NCBI GenBank assembly: GCA_051294905.1 | Contig: CM119371.1 | Location: 19,346,001-19,406,000, forward strand | DNA length: 60,000 nt | Source: Botryllus schlosseri | Lineage: Eukaryota | Direction: 5' to 3' | Shown here: positions 24,715-36,759 of the stretch, one piece after another | Position numbering within the stretch: the stretch's first letter is position 1 | How the letters are laid out: every line of letters starts with the position of its first letter | Translations under genes and position numbers: made by a program | The notes under the pieces: generated by a model | What the model was told of the DNA's origin: nothing | What the model saw: the letters and a program-made list of their open reading frames with translations, nothing else | The model's database searches: none

Positions 24715-25169
24715 TTGAGTCGACTCGAGTCAATTTTTGTATTGACTTAACTTGTACTCTAGTCATTGTGCATGACTCGAACCAAGTTATATGATTCTTG
24801 ATAAGGACGGCCAAGACAGTTGTTTCATTGTAACTTCGAAGAATAGTAAAGTCACCACATTGGTATTTCGTCTATCAGTCCTGATACTTTGCAAAATAAG
24901 GCCAGATACTGTTAGGACTGAGAAAATTTTCGAAATTAATAATGCGAGCCATTCTACATCCCTCGAGCAGAGTTGAGAAAAGTTGGTTGAACCGGATTGA
25001 GATCAAAACTGAACAGTGAAAAGAGTGACTTGGACTCGGACCAGATTCACAACACTATTACTCGACCCTCGATCTATTCACTGACTTGGACTCGGACTTG
25101 ACTCGAGTCAAATATATAAAAGTGAGATTGACTTGTGATTCGGAACCTGGTGACTTGGTTACAACCGTG
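24715..25169 (+). mobile_element. GACTC-rich hAT-type MITE copy
   Basis: Colinear with 15252-15696. Confidence 0.75.
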
Positions 25170-26541
25170 CTTCTTAGCTTTTCCAATTTTCACCAGCAAA
25201 TCTTGGATCGGCGAAACACAGTTGTATACTGAACCTTTCCACCCTACCCCCACGGCCCCCTATCGACCGAAATTTGGGGCTGCAAAGTAAAACAGAATGA
25301 AAAATTGCAACTCCAACGGCACTAGTAAGTCACTTGGACTCAGCTCTTGCTCTGTCTCCACTTTTGGCTACAGAGTAGGACTATTGTCAGCCTCCTTGTG
25401 ACATCATCATTGACAGGTAATGTCACAATACTCTAACTTACGAGGGCTTTGCTACCGACAGGGTCGTTTCGTGGATCCCGTTGTGAGGTCATGATTTACT
25501 GCTGACGTTGTAACGTTTAGAAATCTTCAACGCGCCTGTGTGCAATCTGCTGGGTCGGCCTCTACAACTTTTCTGATTAATTAATTTTTCGTGTCTGATA
25601 TGTTTTTCTCGCTTGGTAGCCATTATTTCTAGTTTGACACGCTCTTGTGCATGCAATTTTCGCAAAGGCGGTCGGTGACAGTAATTCTACTATTTTTGGA
25701 GCACTCAAGTAGGTTTATTTCTGCTTGATCTGCATACTCAAAACTAGGCCTAGAATACATAATTGCTTACCTTGGAGTCGCTACGTACCTTGGGTTTACC
25801 AACTTCAACTCGGCAATACATTCCTCAGAATTTGTAACATTCAGTGCGATTTATCATGCATAGGTTGATAGTAGGCTATCATTACTCTAATTTCTGCTGG
25901 TTTGTTTTCGGTAACAAGGTGTCAGGTGATGAATTGCGTGAATGTGTAGCTGTCACTTAGTCCCGCTAATCTGCTGACGCTGTCTCGCCTGATTTTCTTT
26001 GATGTCAAGTTCGGTCTGGGCTCATATTGCTTTACCTTACGTGTCGGAATCGATCGTGTACGTCTGCAGTGTTCTGTTTTGTGCACTGTGATGGGCTGCT
26101 TGTTGTTTTTCTTTCTCTGTTTTACGACTATTGCTGCGGAATGAATAAATCACATGCAAACAGCACTTTGTAATAGACGTACGAAGGTAGTGGGCTTGCC
26201 TGGCAACTGTTATCATAGCTCATTCTTGAGTCGGCGGGTCAGAACATCGCCGTAGTGTAAAAGAGATGTACTTATCGATTTTTGCTACTTCCCTTACTTG
26301 CACTGGAGTGGTTACGTTTGAGACCAGGGGTTCTCAACCGCCGGTCCGGGCAAATTTCCTGTCGGTTCGCCAGATATAAGAAATTGTTTAACAGCTGCCT
26401 ACAACTCGTTTCGGTTATGTTTTACACGAAAGCTACGGAGACTTAAACAAACTTCGGTAAATCCCGACAGCACAATGAAGCGACACACTACACAGCATAA
26501 TAGGATGCCGAACAATACTTGAACAGCTATTCGTTTTAGAA

Positions 26542-26711
26542 CAGTGGTTCCCAACGTGGGCGATATCGCCCCCCAGGGGGCGATTTGGCGATCTAGGGGG
26601 GCGAAAATGACGAAGGGGGCGATAGGGGGGCGAAAATGGACAAAGGGGGCGACGGGGGGCGAAAATAGCGAAGGGGGCGATAGGGGGGCGATGACGCGTC
26701 AAAACGGCTGA

Positions 26712-26745
<34 letters not shown>

Positions 26746-26950
26746 TCATCCACCTAGCAATACGGAGAGAAAAAACGTTATTTGCAGCTCTGAGCGGAGA
26801 AAGATGACCTTTTTTTTTTTTTTTTTTTAGTCAACCCGCCGGTGATTACAGTCTGTATGCCCAATTATCGGTGCACAAAATTTTGGGGGGCGATGATTGG
26901 TGTTGACCTTGAAAAGGGGGCGATGGGTCGAAAAAGGTTGGGAACCACTG
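26542..26950. mobile_element. hAT/Charlie-like MITE with GGGGGCGA repeats and poly-T tracts
   Basis: TIR cagtggttcccaac / gttgggaaccactg; perfect 8-bp TSD ttttagaa. Confidence 0.9.
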
Positions 26951-27284
26951 TTTTAGAATGTCATTTTGGAGAAGTGGGGATTACTCTTACGAGCGAAATT
27001 TTCATCAGAATCGCGCGGAATAGTCACTGCGTGATATCTTTTCGTACGTTGCATGCACCGCACCTATTTACGGTGGCATCTGTCATTTTGCGTAAGATAT
27101 ATAGAAATTTCGAACTCGAAGCCACTTTCGCGAGTGACTGCCAAATCTATGCGACGCAGCTACCAAATCTTCTTACTGCGGTGCTTATCGGAGCCATCAT
27201 TTTCTCCTACTGGAAGTAGCTTGACATGTGTCGGAAATAGCTTTTACTAGTAAATGTGTAGAAATTAATGGCGTTACTTCTACT

Positions 27285-27753
27285 TGAGTCAATTTTGTAT
27301 GGACTCGAGACTAGGTCTACCAAGACAAGCATTTCATTGAAATTTCGAGAATTAGTAAAGTCATCATACTATTATTATTTCGTCTATCAGTACCGGTTCT
27401 TGAATATGCTTCCAGAAACTGTTGAAAGTGAGGAAAATTAGTCTATTATGAATGCGAAGCATTCGATATCACCGAGCAGAGTAAAAAGTGGGCTTCACAT
27501 GACATTATGTCGGAACGGAACAGCCAAACACGATGACTTGTACCCGGACTCGAGTCAAAACACTATGACGACTCGGACTCGACATACTCAGGGATATATA
27601 GAACTATAGAACTATATATCCCTGGACATACTACCTCTGTGACTTGGGCTTGACTCGGTTGCGAATTGAAAATGACTAGACTTGACTCCAGTCAAAACTA
27701 TAAAAGTGAGATTGACTTGTTACTCGGAACCTTGTGACTTGGTTACAACCCTG
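27285..27753 (+). mobile_element. GACTC-rich hAT-type MITE copy
   Basis: Ends ttggttacaaccctg; colinear with the family. Confidence 0.75.
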
Positions 27754-29339
27754 TCGGAACACCACGATGGCAGCAACTACTGAATTTCTGCACGGCGACT
27801 TGGATGAATGTCCGACTTGTCCGTGTTTTCGTTCTTACCCCACTGCCTTTTTGTACTGCGGGTTTTCGTTGTGTTCTTCGGCGATCTCCGCATATACAGA
27901 TTTCAGTAATTGCGCCATTTTCGCTGGTGGATTGATGGAACAGTCAGTGAAATGCTACCTTATGACCCACAAAGACTTTTGGTTCAGATTCATATTGAAT
28001 TTATTTCATGTTTCAATTAGCTCTCACGAACCGGCATTTCTCGAGTAAAGGGCGTAGGCTATCTGATGTTGTGATAAACATAAGTATTGATATCAATGTT
28101 GGTCCTTAGAAATTTTTGAAAGCAATTTACAAGCACTGCAGTAGTCGGATATAATGAAGATAGGGTGTTGACACAAATCATCATCATTGGTTTATAAGCA
28201 GTTTTCATCAGTTCAATAGGCCTACACCACACAAATGCAATACAATGAAAAGATATAGGAAGATGTCGAATTGGGATGGTGTTTAGATCAGTCACCTCTT
28301 GGCTAAGAGTAGCCGATGTCAATTAAGAGGCATGTACAATTGTGAATGCACAAGTTGTACACTGGATGAAAAGTAAATCCAACATGTAGCATAAATGGAC
28401 AATTTGGCTCCTGGTACAGAAATCGAGGATTATAGCTCCCATCACCATATCCATCGTAACAATACACATATTCAAATAAGACTTTTAAGTTGTCTAATAT
28501 TATAACGAGCGACGACAAAGACTGTTGACATGTGTCGGTAGCGGCAGTCGATATACGTCAGATCGCGGTCCGTTAACACCGAGGGCCGACTCGTATTCAA
28601 CATCCTGCGACAGCAGTTGAGCAGTATGTCAAATATGATAACTATAACACTGGTCAACAAAATGAAGAAAAAAAATTAGGCAGAACATTTGAGAGCCGTT
28701 TCTGGGGTTTTTGAGGTTGCTGATTACGAATATCACATTAGTTTTGTCAGATTGGCTCTTTGTCAGAAGAGATCCCCCGATCAAGGATAATTCGAGGATT
28801 ATCATCGAAAAGCTCACATGACTCCGCTTTTACTGGTCGAAATTAGCCACATTTGTTTTGCATCGTTTAGATTTTTTTTTCTTCCAATTTTCCCTAATAA
28901 ATTAAAGATTTCAATTGGATATGCGGAGTCTATTTATACTTGTTAGAACTGAACCATATTTGGTGTGCAGTGTTTTTTAGGGTAACCTGACAATTTAATC
29001 AGTGAATGGCTGGAATCCGGGAAAAAAACGTTATTTTTGAACAGCCCTAATGGTCATTGGTCAGTTTATCATGAACATTAGGTGTCCAGGTAGTTCATTG
29101 CGACTGTGTCCTGGTATGCGGTCGTAGGCCACATAAGTAAGTAATCGAAGTGCCCCCGTGAATAGCAGAAAGTTGGCCTTCCCTGCAGAAAAACGGCTGC
29201 ATACATTACATTTGGGGTTGGTTTCAATTTTTTAGGGTCGATCGGTCCGCCAAATATCTTTTGAAATTTTGCCGGTCCCCGAGGTGAAAAAGGTTAATAA
29301 CCACTGGCCTACATCACCGTTTGATGGACAGTCCGCGTT

Positions 29340-31130
29340 ACTAACGATACCGCATTGTTTGCTTCAAGCTTCAAGCTTCCAGTAGCCTACTGACACGATG
29401 ATATAACACAACACATAATCAAGTAACGAGCTGTATTGCGTGGACATAAGAATCATGAAAATGAAATGAGATAAAATTCATACAGTAGTGCGTTCATTCG
29501 TTCGTATGAGAAGATCAGCAATTTTTGCCGCCTCCATCTTTAATTGGAATCGCTCCCGTTCGATATGTAGCAATTCCGTCTGCACCAGATGCTGCGCTCT
29601 CAGCAAATCCATCTGGCTAGGCGGGCGTCGGCATGTATGCGTATGGTTCTTTCTACGAAAAAGACAGGATCTTGTTGAACCACAGTTAAATCAGAAAGTC
29701 CACGGTCCCCGTGCATTTACAGCATAAAAACATCGAATATGTTGTTCAACCGATCTGTAATTTCGTTTCAGATAGCTAGATAGAACTTGAACAAGTTTAC
29801 ATGTTATATTTGTTACGCGAATTCTCTCAATCAATGTAGGCTATGTTGTAGGCCTATAGGTTATATTTGTATAGCCTACTCCGTATTATACGCCATCAAT
29901 ATCCGCACAGAAGACATACGGAACTAATTAGCCACGGTCCATTCTTATGGCCCCGTATTCACTACAAATGGTCAGGTCAAGTTCATATTAGGCTACGCCC
30001 TTTTAATTCACGTTTTCAGGGGTTATGAAGCATTTCGAACTGCGGAGACCCCATGGATTGTTAATATAGGTTTGCTGGATACTCAACTCATGCGTTACAC
30101 GCACCGTACCAGTAGCCAGCACCATGCCAGTGCCAGTATATGGTATATGCCAAGTGAACTCGTCCGTCTTCGCGTATCGCGCCATATACAACCGCGTACA
30201 GCCGTATATTCATTATTAGCTCCTTGAACTCATTTCGTTATCCACTCTATATCAAATCGATTAATACATAATATCGGAGGCAAGCCGTAATTAGGCCTAC
30301 TATTGTAGGCTATTTGTCCACTACTATGTTGGAGATGCCAGGAAGAAGCGTTACGCGGGACATATCTCCATCCGACGCCAATGCTAAGTTGAGTGTATGT
30401 ATTGTATATATAATTAGGCCATAACTTGGGAAATTGGGCTTACTACTGTAGCACGTTATCAAGCAACAGCACGCAAAGTAAGGATGGAATCAGCGAGGAA
30501 GTCGATATGTACTTTTTACAGACATAATTGATAAATAATAGGATATAGACCTATAGATTTTATTTCAAGCAACACCGAGCGCACGCTGTTCGCGTGAAAG
30601 GAAGACGACGGAAAAGTATTCTCTGCAAAACAGATCTATCACTATCACATATATAGAATAAATCTGTGATCTTCGTATCTGGTGCTGCTTCCGTAACATT
30701 GGAAACGAGCTGCTATGCCAGAAGAATTTATAGTTCTAGTTCTGGATATCCCTGTCACCCAATTAACCTACATATCAATCATATACAACAAATCATACTT
30801 GATATTTTTCAAAGCATTGAGGTTAAATCTTCTAAAACTTTCATACCGACGTGCTACGTCCTACGCATACCTATTTTTCGGTTTATTTCTCGTTATTGAC
30901 ACCGCCCGGGATTTGATGATCTTCTTCCGTAGAATCTGATGCCATTTGTCCTTCTCATTTCTTTTTGTTCCTTCACGGCTACTGTATTTCATTGTTTGCT
31001 TGTGAATTTCTGTCGTCCTTGACGCAGGTATAACTTAATTGTAAGCTGCTTCTGACTGAGACGCTGAAAAGTGTATGGAAGCTGCTGTATTCCGGCCGTG
31101 ATTACGTTCGGTGTGATGATTACCCCAAGT
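29340..31130. mobile_element. Possible decayed PIF/Harbinger-like element (duplicated at ~38205-40000)
   Basis: - strand fragments KRNEKDKWHQI (Myb/SANT-like) and QMDLLRAQHLVQTELLHIERERFQLKMEAAK (coiled-coil tail); no termini identified. Confidence 0.3.
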
Positions 31131-31789
31131 GAAAAGTGGTTAAACTAAATTAACAATCATGAGATCATTGCTAATTTGGTTTCGAGATTCCCACACTCAG
31201 TAGACTGGACTCTCAGTTGACATACACTTTGGCAAGCACAAGAAAATCAGGAATATTTTTATTATTCATTTAAAGTGCTTTTTTATCGATTGCCCTCACT
31301 GGTCGTGGTCATGGTCATGTATTGTTCGCCCGACGTTTTCTCGTAGTTAATTTCACGAGCCGAAGCGCGCTGCATCGCTTTTTCCGCTATCGTTTTAGCT
31401 TCATACCTTCGATGTTATACGGAGTACGTGGACCTACGAACTATGGCACATTCTAGAAATGGACTCCCAATCCAAATCAGCCCTGATGAGGCCAGGTTCT
31501 GGAATCATGAGCATGAGCATGACCCCATCCCACTCCAATAAATCAATCATATACCCAATATCAGTATCATCGATTCAAAGCACCACAAGATTGCCTAACG
31601 AGGAAAATATAGGAAGGAGTAGAAACGATTGAGTGGTCTTTTAATCAGACACCTACACATGCTCCCAGCTAGAAGATACAAAAAAGACGCATTTCCACTG
31701 AATGAAAAGCAACATAATTTTGACTTGAATGTGGCTAGAGAAGTGGTCAAAGCTAATAAGCTACACCCCTGCTGGCCATACATCATGAA

Positions 31790-32090
31790 TCTCATTGTCA
31801 CGGGGCCTGCATGAGAGTTAGTAAGCGTTGCTACTCAATTCTATGCCTATGCCGTTTGCTGGTAGCTGAACGACGACTTCCACCTAATCGGCCATCTAGT
31901 GCGGCATCAAGACGAGCAATGAGCTGCCGCCATCATCAACCACATTCCCGCGGAGCAATGGCGCAGAGGTGGCTGGAATAGAACAACACGGCGCTCGACC
32001 ATGGAGACCGATTTGGCGCAACGCGGACTGTCGCTCGAAGACGCCCACGACCGCCTACGCTGGAGGCGCTTAACACGAGTCCGAAACTGA
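31790..32090 (+). mobile_element. RTE-clade LINE 3' fragment (second copy ~40655-40957)
   Basis: RRL/LIGHLVRH...RRGG..RTT....ETDL...AHDRLRWRRL* with a frameshift and a stop, typical of an RTE ORF C-terminus. Confidence 0.7.
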
Positions 32091-32716
32091 TTCTCTTGAT
32101 GTTCTTTTGTTTCCTGCTTTCTTTTGCCCTTTTTATTCAATTGAAAAGTCGATATATATATAAAGCAGGTTAGAGACTATGTTTGACTATCATGATAATG
32201 GGGCCATTTCACGCATCTACTCTGAAAATTTCACGCATAAAATGCAGCGAACTTATCTCAAAACTACTTTCTGCGATTTGCGAAATCCGAAATGCAAAAA
32301 GTAAATATTTTGCCACAATAATTTCAAGTAGAAGTAGTTTAAAATCATAGCCATTTGAGTATAGGTAGTATAATTATCCAGAACCTACTTGAGTATTTGC
32401 CGATCCGAGCGAGATAATGTAATGGCGATGCGTCCTGCTTCTCGATCCGTAGGACGTGGGTTCGATCCCCGGCCGGGTCAGACCAAAGACTCGAAAACTG
32501 GTATCCGCAGCTATCTTGCTAATCAATCAATCAGGTTTAATAATATTTTCATCGTTTCAAAACATCACAAGACTGCTGCGATACAATGAAAAGATAGGAA
32601 GGTGTCGAAACAACTCGGAGTAGCCTTTAAGATCAGACACCCACCGTAGCCTAGGCGAAGTAAAGAAGACGAGGCATGCACATGCACACTGAAAGAAAAG
32701 TAATGTAGACAAAAGG

Positions 32717-33661
32717 GGGGAGATGTGGTACCGATGAGACACTGGGACCGAATATACTTGAAAAATTATCTATGCTAATCCCATTATTACAGTGCGATAC
32801 TTTGTCTACAATGGCATGGTGGCAGAATCTTTCCTCACATGCAAAAAAATTCGACCTGCGTGAGTTATGGGGTCTGTGACAAATGATGTACATTTTAGGG
32901 GTTGTAATATAAATTTGGATCAACATATACATTTTTCAATATCACCTTCCAGACTAACAATCCCGCAGTAATTTGTGATGTGAAGTATAGCGCTCGTATC
33001 AGGTTGTATGATGGCACATATTTTTGAATCAATTGAATTACATAATTTATAGGGTGGGGGACCTATGGCACCATAGCCAAATCAAGCAAAATAGTTGAAC
33101 CAACTAATCACTTGACAACAGAAACACGCCGCCTACATATATAGAGGCTGTAAATCATAGTTGCCCGTGGTGTTTTATCACTATTACGAGGTATTTTAAA
33201 GTCAAAATGTCGATTTTCGGGTAATATGTATGTAGCATTAATTTTGTAAGTTTCAGCAGAAATCAAAACGTGATTTTATCCCAACATTTGAGTTGATATT
33301 TTCTATTTTATTCCCGAAGGTGGGGAGGAAACATTCTTCATTGGCTTGCTGTAGCTTAGATTATAGCACACAATAAAACAAGTTGAAAAAATTTGAGTTT
33401 TGAGCGTATGTCTCTTGTCTCATAGGTCCCATGCTCATGTGCCATTGGACCCACCGGGTGGGGAGCGATATGATACGATCGAGCAACAAATTTTAAACGT
33501 TTCTAAATATTTTTGGAAAAGGAGGATATCCATGTAAATGTCCGCGATAGGTAGAGCTTGTATCAAAGTGTTGAGAGAGCAAAGATCTTCTATTCTCGGC
33601 TGAAGATTTGAGCGCCAGAGATCATTTTGCAATTTTTCATCCATCGGTACCATATCTCCCC
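32717..33661. mobile_element. Non-autonomous TIR DNA element
   Basis: ggggagatgtggtaccgatg ... catcggtaccatatctcccc. Confidence 0.7.
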
Positions 33662-33754
33662 GATAAGACGCAAGCGACAAAATGAGGTGGCATGTGGCGG
33701 AGGGCGGGGTCGATGGTAGGTCGTGATCCGGTAATCCTGAAGGCTGGCTAGTAT

Positions 33755-34039
33755 TCATTTAGAAGAAATTGCTTGTATTTCGACTTGAATGCGGACATGC
33801 TCGACGACTGTCGGATAGCCGGCAATTAATATGCTGTTCCACAATTGGGGTCCCGCATACTTGATAGAGCAATGCGTTTTCTTGTATTCCGTCCTGCTCA
33901 TATGATAGTTGTTCTTCGTTGACGCGCGTGTGCTGTACTTGTGCGCTGTGGTCTCCGATGTGAAGTAGTCGTTGAAATTTGAGGGACATTGACCGCAATG
34001 GAACTGATGCATAAACCTGGCAATTTCTAGCTTCCTCAT
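33755..34039 (-). mobile_element. CR1/L2-type LINE ORF2 C-terminal fragment (second copy 42621-42905)
   Basis: HKYSTR...SIKYAGPQLWNSI motif; its 3' UTR recurs at ~28140-28640 and ~51660-51940; (TTGA)n tail near 32522-32533. Confidence 0.75.
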
Positions 34040-35042
34040 ATCTTTTATGTTTGTTTAGCTAGGCGCTCAGCGTCCGTGGATAGCATGTAGGAGAAAAACA
34101 CGGGGGCGAAGACTAGGGGACCTTACGGTCGTATCGCATCTCCGACGTCAAAGCATCTCGATGGTGCAGTCGAAAAAGAATATCATATCTCTATTTGGAA
34201 AAAAGTAGTATTTTGTTACCTGTCACCTCTGCCGCAAGGTGCTGCGCGTGACTCACATGCCAGCACGAAATAACGCTACTGGACCCCTACGCCCTACGGC
34301 AGGGGCGGGCAACTTCTCCAGTCGGCGGGCCGGATATAGCAAAATTAAGTACTTGGAGGGCCGGATTGCTGAATCGACACATTATTCGCCAATTTATCCA
34401 CATACACAAGGAATAAATCGTATTTAATGAATGTATTTTAACGACAGTAATGGCACTTCAAAGCCAGTTCTCGCCGATAATGACGAGGATATAATGTGGA
34501 TTTGAGAACAGCATTGTCATACAGGCGCCGCCATGTCTGCTTCTCTCTGATCATAGTGTCCTATATAGTGTGGACACAAGCAAATCTCACGGCTCAGTGA
34601 AATTGGTCTACGTCAAACTTTCCATTTGGTCAAAGGCAATTTGACGGTAGTTTTTGACCGACTTGCCGGGCATTAAATTTGATCAAACGGGTATCAATCG
34701 AAAGCTACCGCGGTGCTGGTTGCAAAAATATAAATTCTATTCTGCTCGAGGTTCTGGAACCCCCAAAATCAGCCTTGAATGTTGCATTGTAACGGAGTTT
34801 GGTATTGTGACGCAGCCATGCCGTCTGAGCAGCTCAGGAGCAAGCGCGCACGAGAGTAAGAGTGTGAATGCTCAATCGGTTGCGCAACAATGGCTAATAC
34901 GCTTGCGGTTTACTCTGCTCCTCACCTGCTCCCAGACGGCATAGTTGCGTCACAATACCAAACTCCGCTACGATGCAACATTCGAAGCTGATTTTGGGGG
35001 GTTCCAGGACCACGAGCAGAATAGAATTTATATTTACGCAAT

Positions 35043-36759
35043 CAGGGCCGTAACAGCACTTCGTCAGCCCCCCCCCCCAAAAAAAAGTTGGTCTTGGGCC
35101 CCCCATATGGTGATAAACCGAACTTCTGGTTCGCCCCCCAGACCCCCCTTTGGCAATCCGATCTTTGCCGCTACTTGTCATCTAAATTGGTTGTCCGTTT
35201 AGTAAGTCGGATATTCCCGTCTGGACGCGCGAAGCGCGAAAAATTTATATAATTCATGATTGAACCGGTCAATATTATCGGGCGTACACCCGTTGGCAGG
35301 AATGAAACAGCACTTCGTCAGCCCCCCCAAAAATATTGGGTCTTTGGCTCCGGTAGGGTGATAACCCGCCCTCTCCCCCATCACGTTGTTCGCTTTTGTC
35401 ACGAAATTAGTCGTACTGTCTAGTGAGCCAGCGCTAAGCGCGAAAATTTTCGAAAATTCATGATTAGGGCTGGGCAAAATCGAGTACCTGAGTGATTCGA
35501 TTATGAATCACGTAATATGCTTCGAGTCGAGTCGAGTAATCGAGTATCACCCATTATGACGCCATGACATAATATAATACGTCAAAGTTCAAATATCTGA
35601 ATCTTATGTCACCACAAATAATTTAATGCCTGTTATCCTTCTCATAAATGATACTTTGGTATTTTTTCGACCATACGGATTTCATTTCACTTGGTGATGA
35701 TGTTGTGGGATAATCATGACTTCGGAAATGTGCTACATCCAGTAACCTTCGTAGCTTTGTAGCCTACCATATGTTTCGTATGCTACGATACAGCCAATCA
35801 AGGTTCCAAGGCTTCTACAGTGAAAATGAGTATCGAAACTATTATTCTCGTTGATAAATTAACATTCATTGGCGAGAAGAGTACAATTTCAGTACTCGAA
35901 AAAATCGTGCTTTACTACTCGACTCGAATCATTAAAATTAATACTCGATTCTGATTCGAGTACTCGAATCATTGTGCCCAGCCCTATTCATGATAAAGGC
36001 AGCCAATAAGATCTGGAATTGCATATATATTGCTATCAATTTCTTGTCCTCTCTGCTCACGTTATCAGATTTACCGGAAACTGTAGGGTCCGTAAATAAT
36101 AATTAAACATCTTCGGACGGGCGGACCCGTTGGTATGACTTCGTTACATGATGTGACGTGACGTGACCTCCTGTCTGCTATATCAAAAAATATAGAATAG
36201 CCCAAACGTACTAAACTAAAAGACGCAGACGATTTCAAATTGATATTTCTTCACTGGCATATAATTTTTCCCTGCGGGATGGTATTTTTTGTCTTCTGAG
36301 GTTCAGATTGCCAAGACAGGAACATTTGGCGCCAGTCATTTAGGCGCCTATTGACAATTAAACCAATATGTATTTTGTATATATAACGAAGTTTTCGGAC
36401 TGCGTAAGGGTGGTCCTTTTCGGCCAAAGTTTTCGCACTGCCGATCGTTCTGGAACACTACCTGGAGTCGCATATAATATGTCCTAAATCGTTATATGTC
36501 TTGGTGCGGTAATGGCCAACGCCGATATGTCTATTTCTATAAATCTTGCGTGTTTTTTCTTGGAGGAAGAGTAGGCTACAAATATTGAACATGTTTGGTA
36601 GCTTGACATCGCGCACAGCGCGAAAATTTTTTTAAAAAGTTGCATAAATTTTTAAAAAATGCTCTTTAATTTATGCTAATTCACGAAATAATTTTGGGCC
36701 CCCTTCGAGCTCGCCCCCCCCCCAATTGAGGGGTTTGGGATGCGGCAGTTACGGTGCTG
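35043..36759. mobile_element. hAT-type element (nest level 3)
   Basis: cagggccgtaac / gttacggtgctg; TSD tacgcaat at 35035-35042 and 36760-36767. Confidence 0.8.
35465..35986. mobile_element. hAT Ac-like MITE (nest level 4)
   Basis: tagggctgggca / tgcccagcccta; TSD ttcatgat. Confidence 0.9.

Larger units (their letters stand above)
32405..34195 (+). mobile_element. tRNA-SINE split by a LINE 3' end and a TIR element (second copy ~41270-43060)
   Basis: SINE head 32405-32521 and tail 34058-34195 rejoin to match the intact SINE at 55905-56180. Confidence 0.8.

Noticed and set aside
31482..31510. CTGATGAG hammerhead-like start (also 40349 and 9084)
   Set aside because: No correctly placed GAAA, stem III or NUH triplet.
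32405..32480. tRNA gene (also 2257, 41270, 56110)
   Set aside because: A and B boxes are present but there is no full cloverleaf, and the sequence continues into a shared SINE body.
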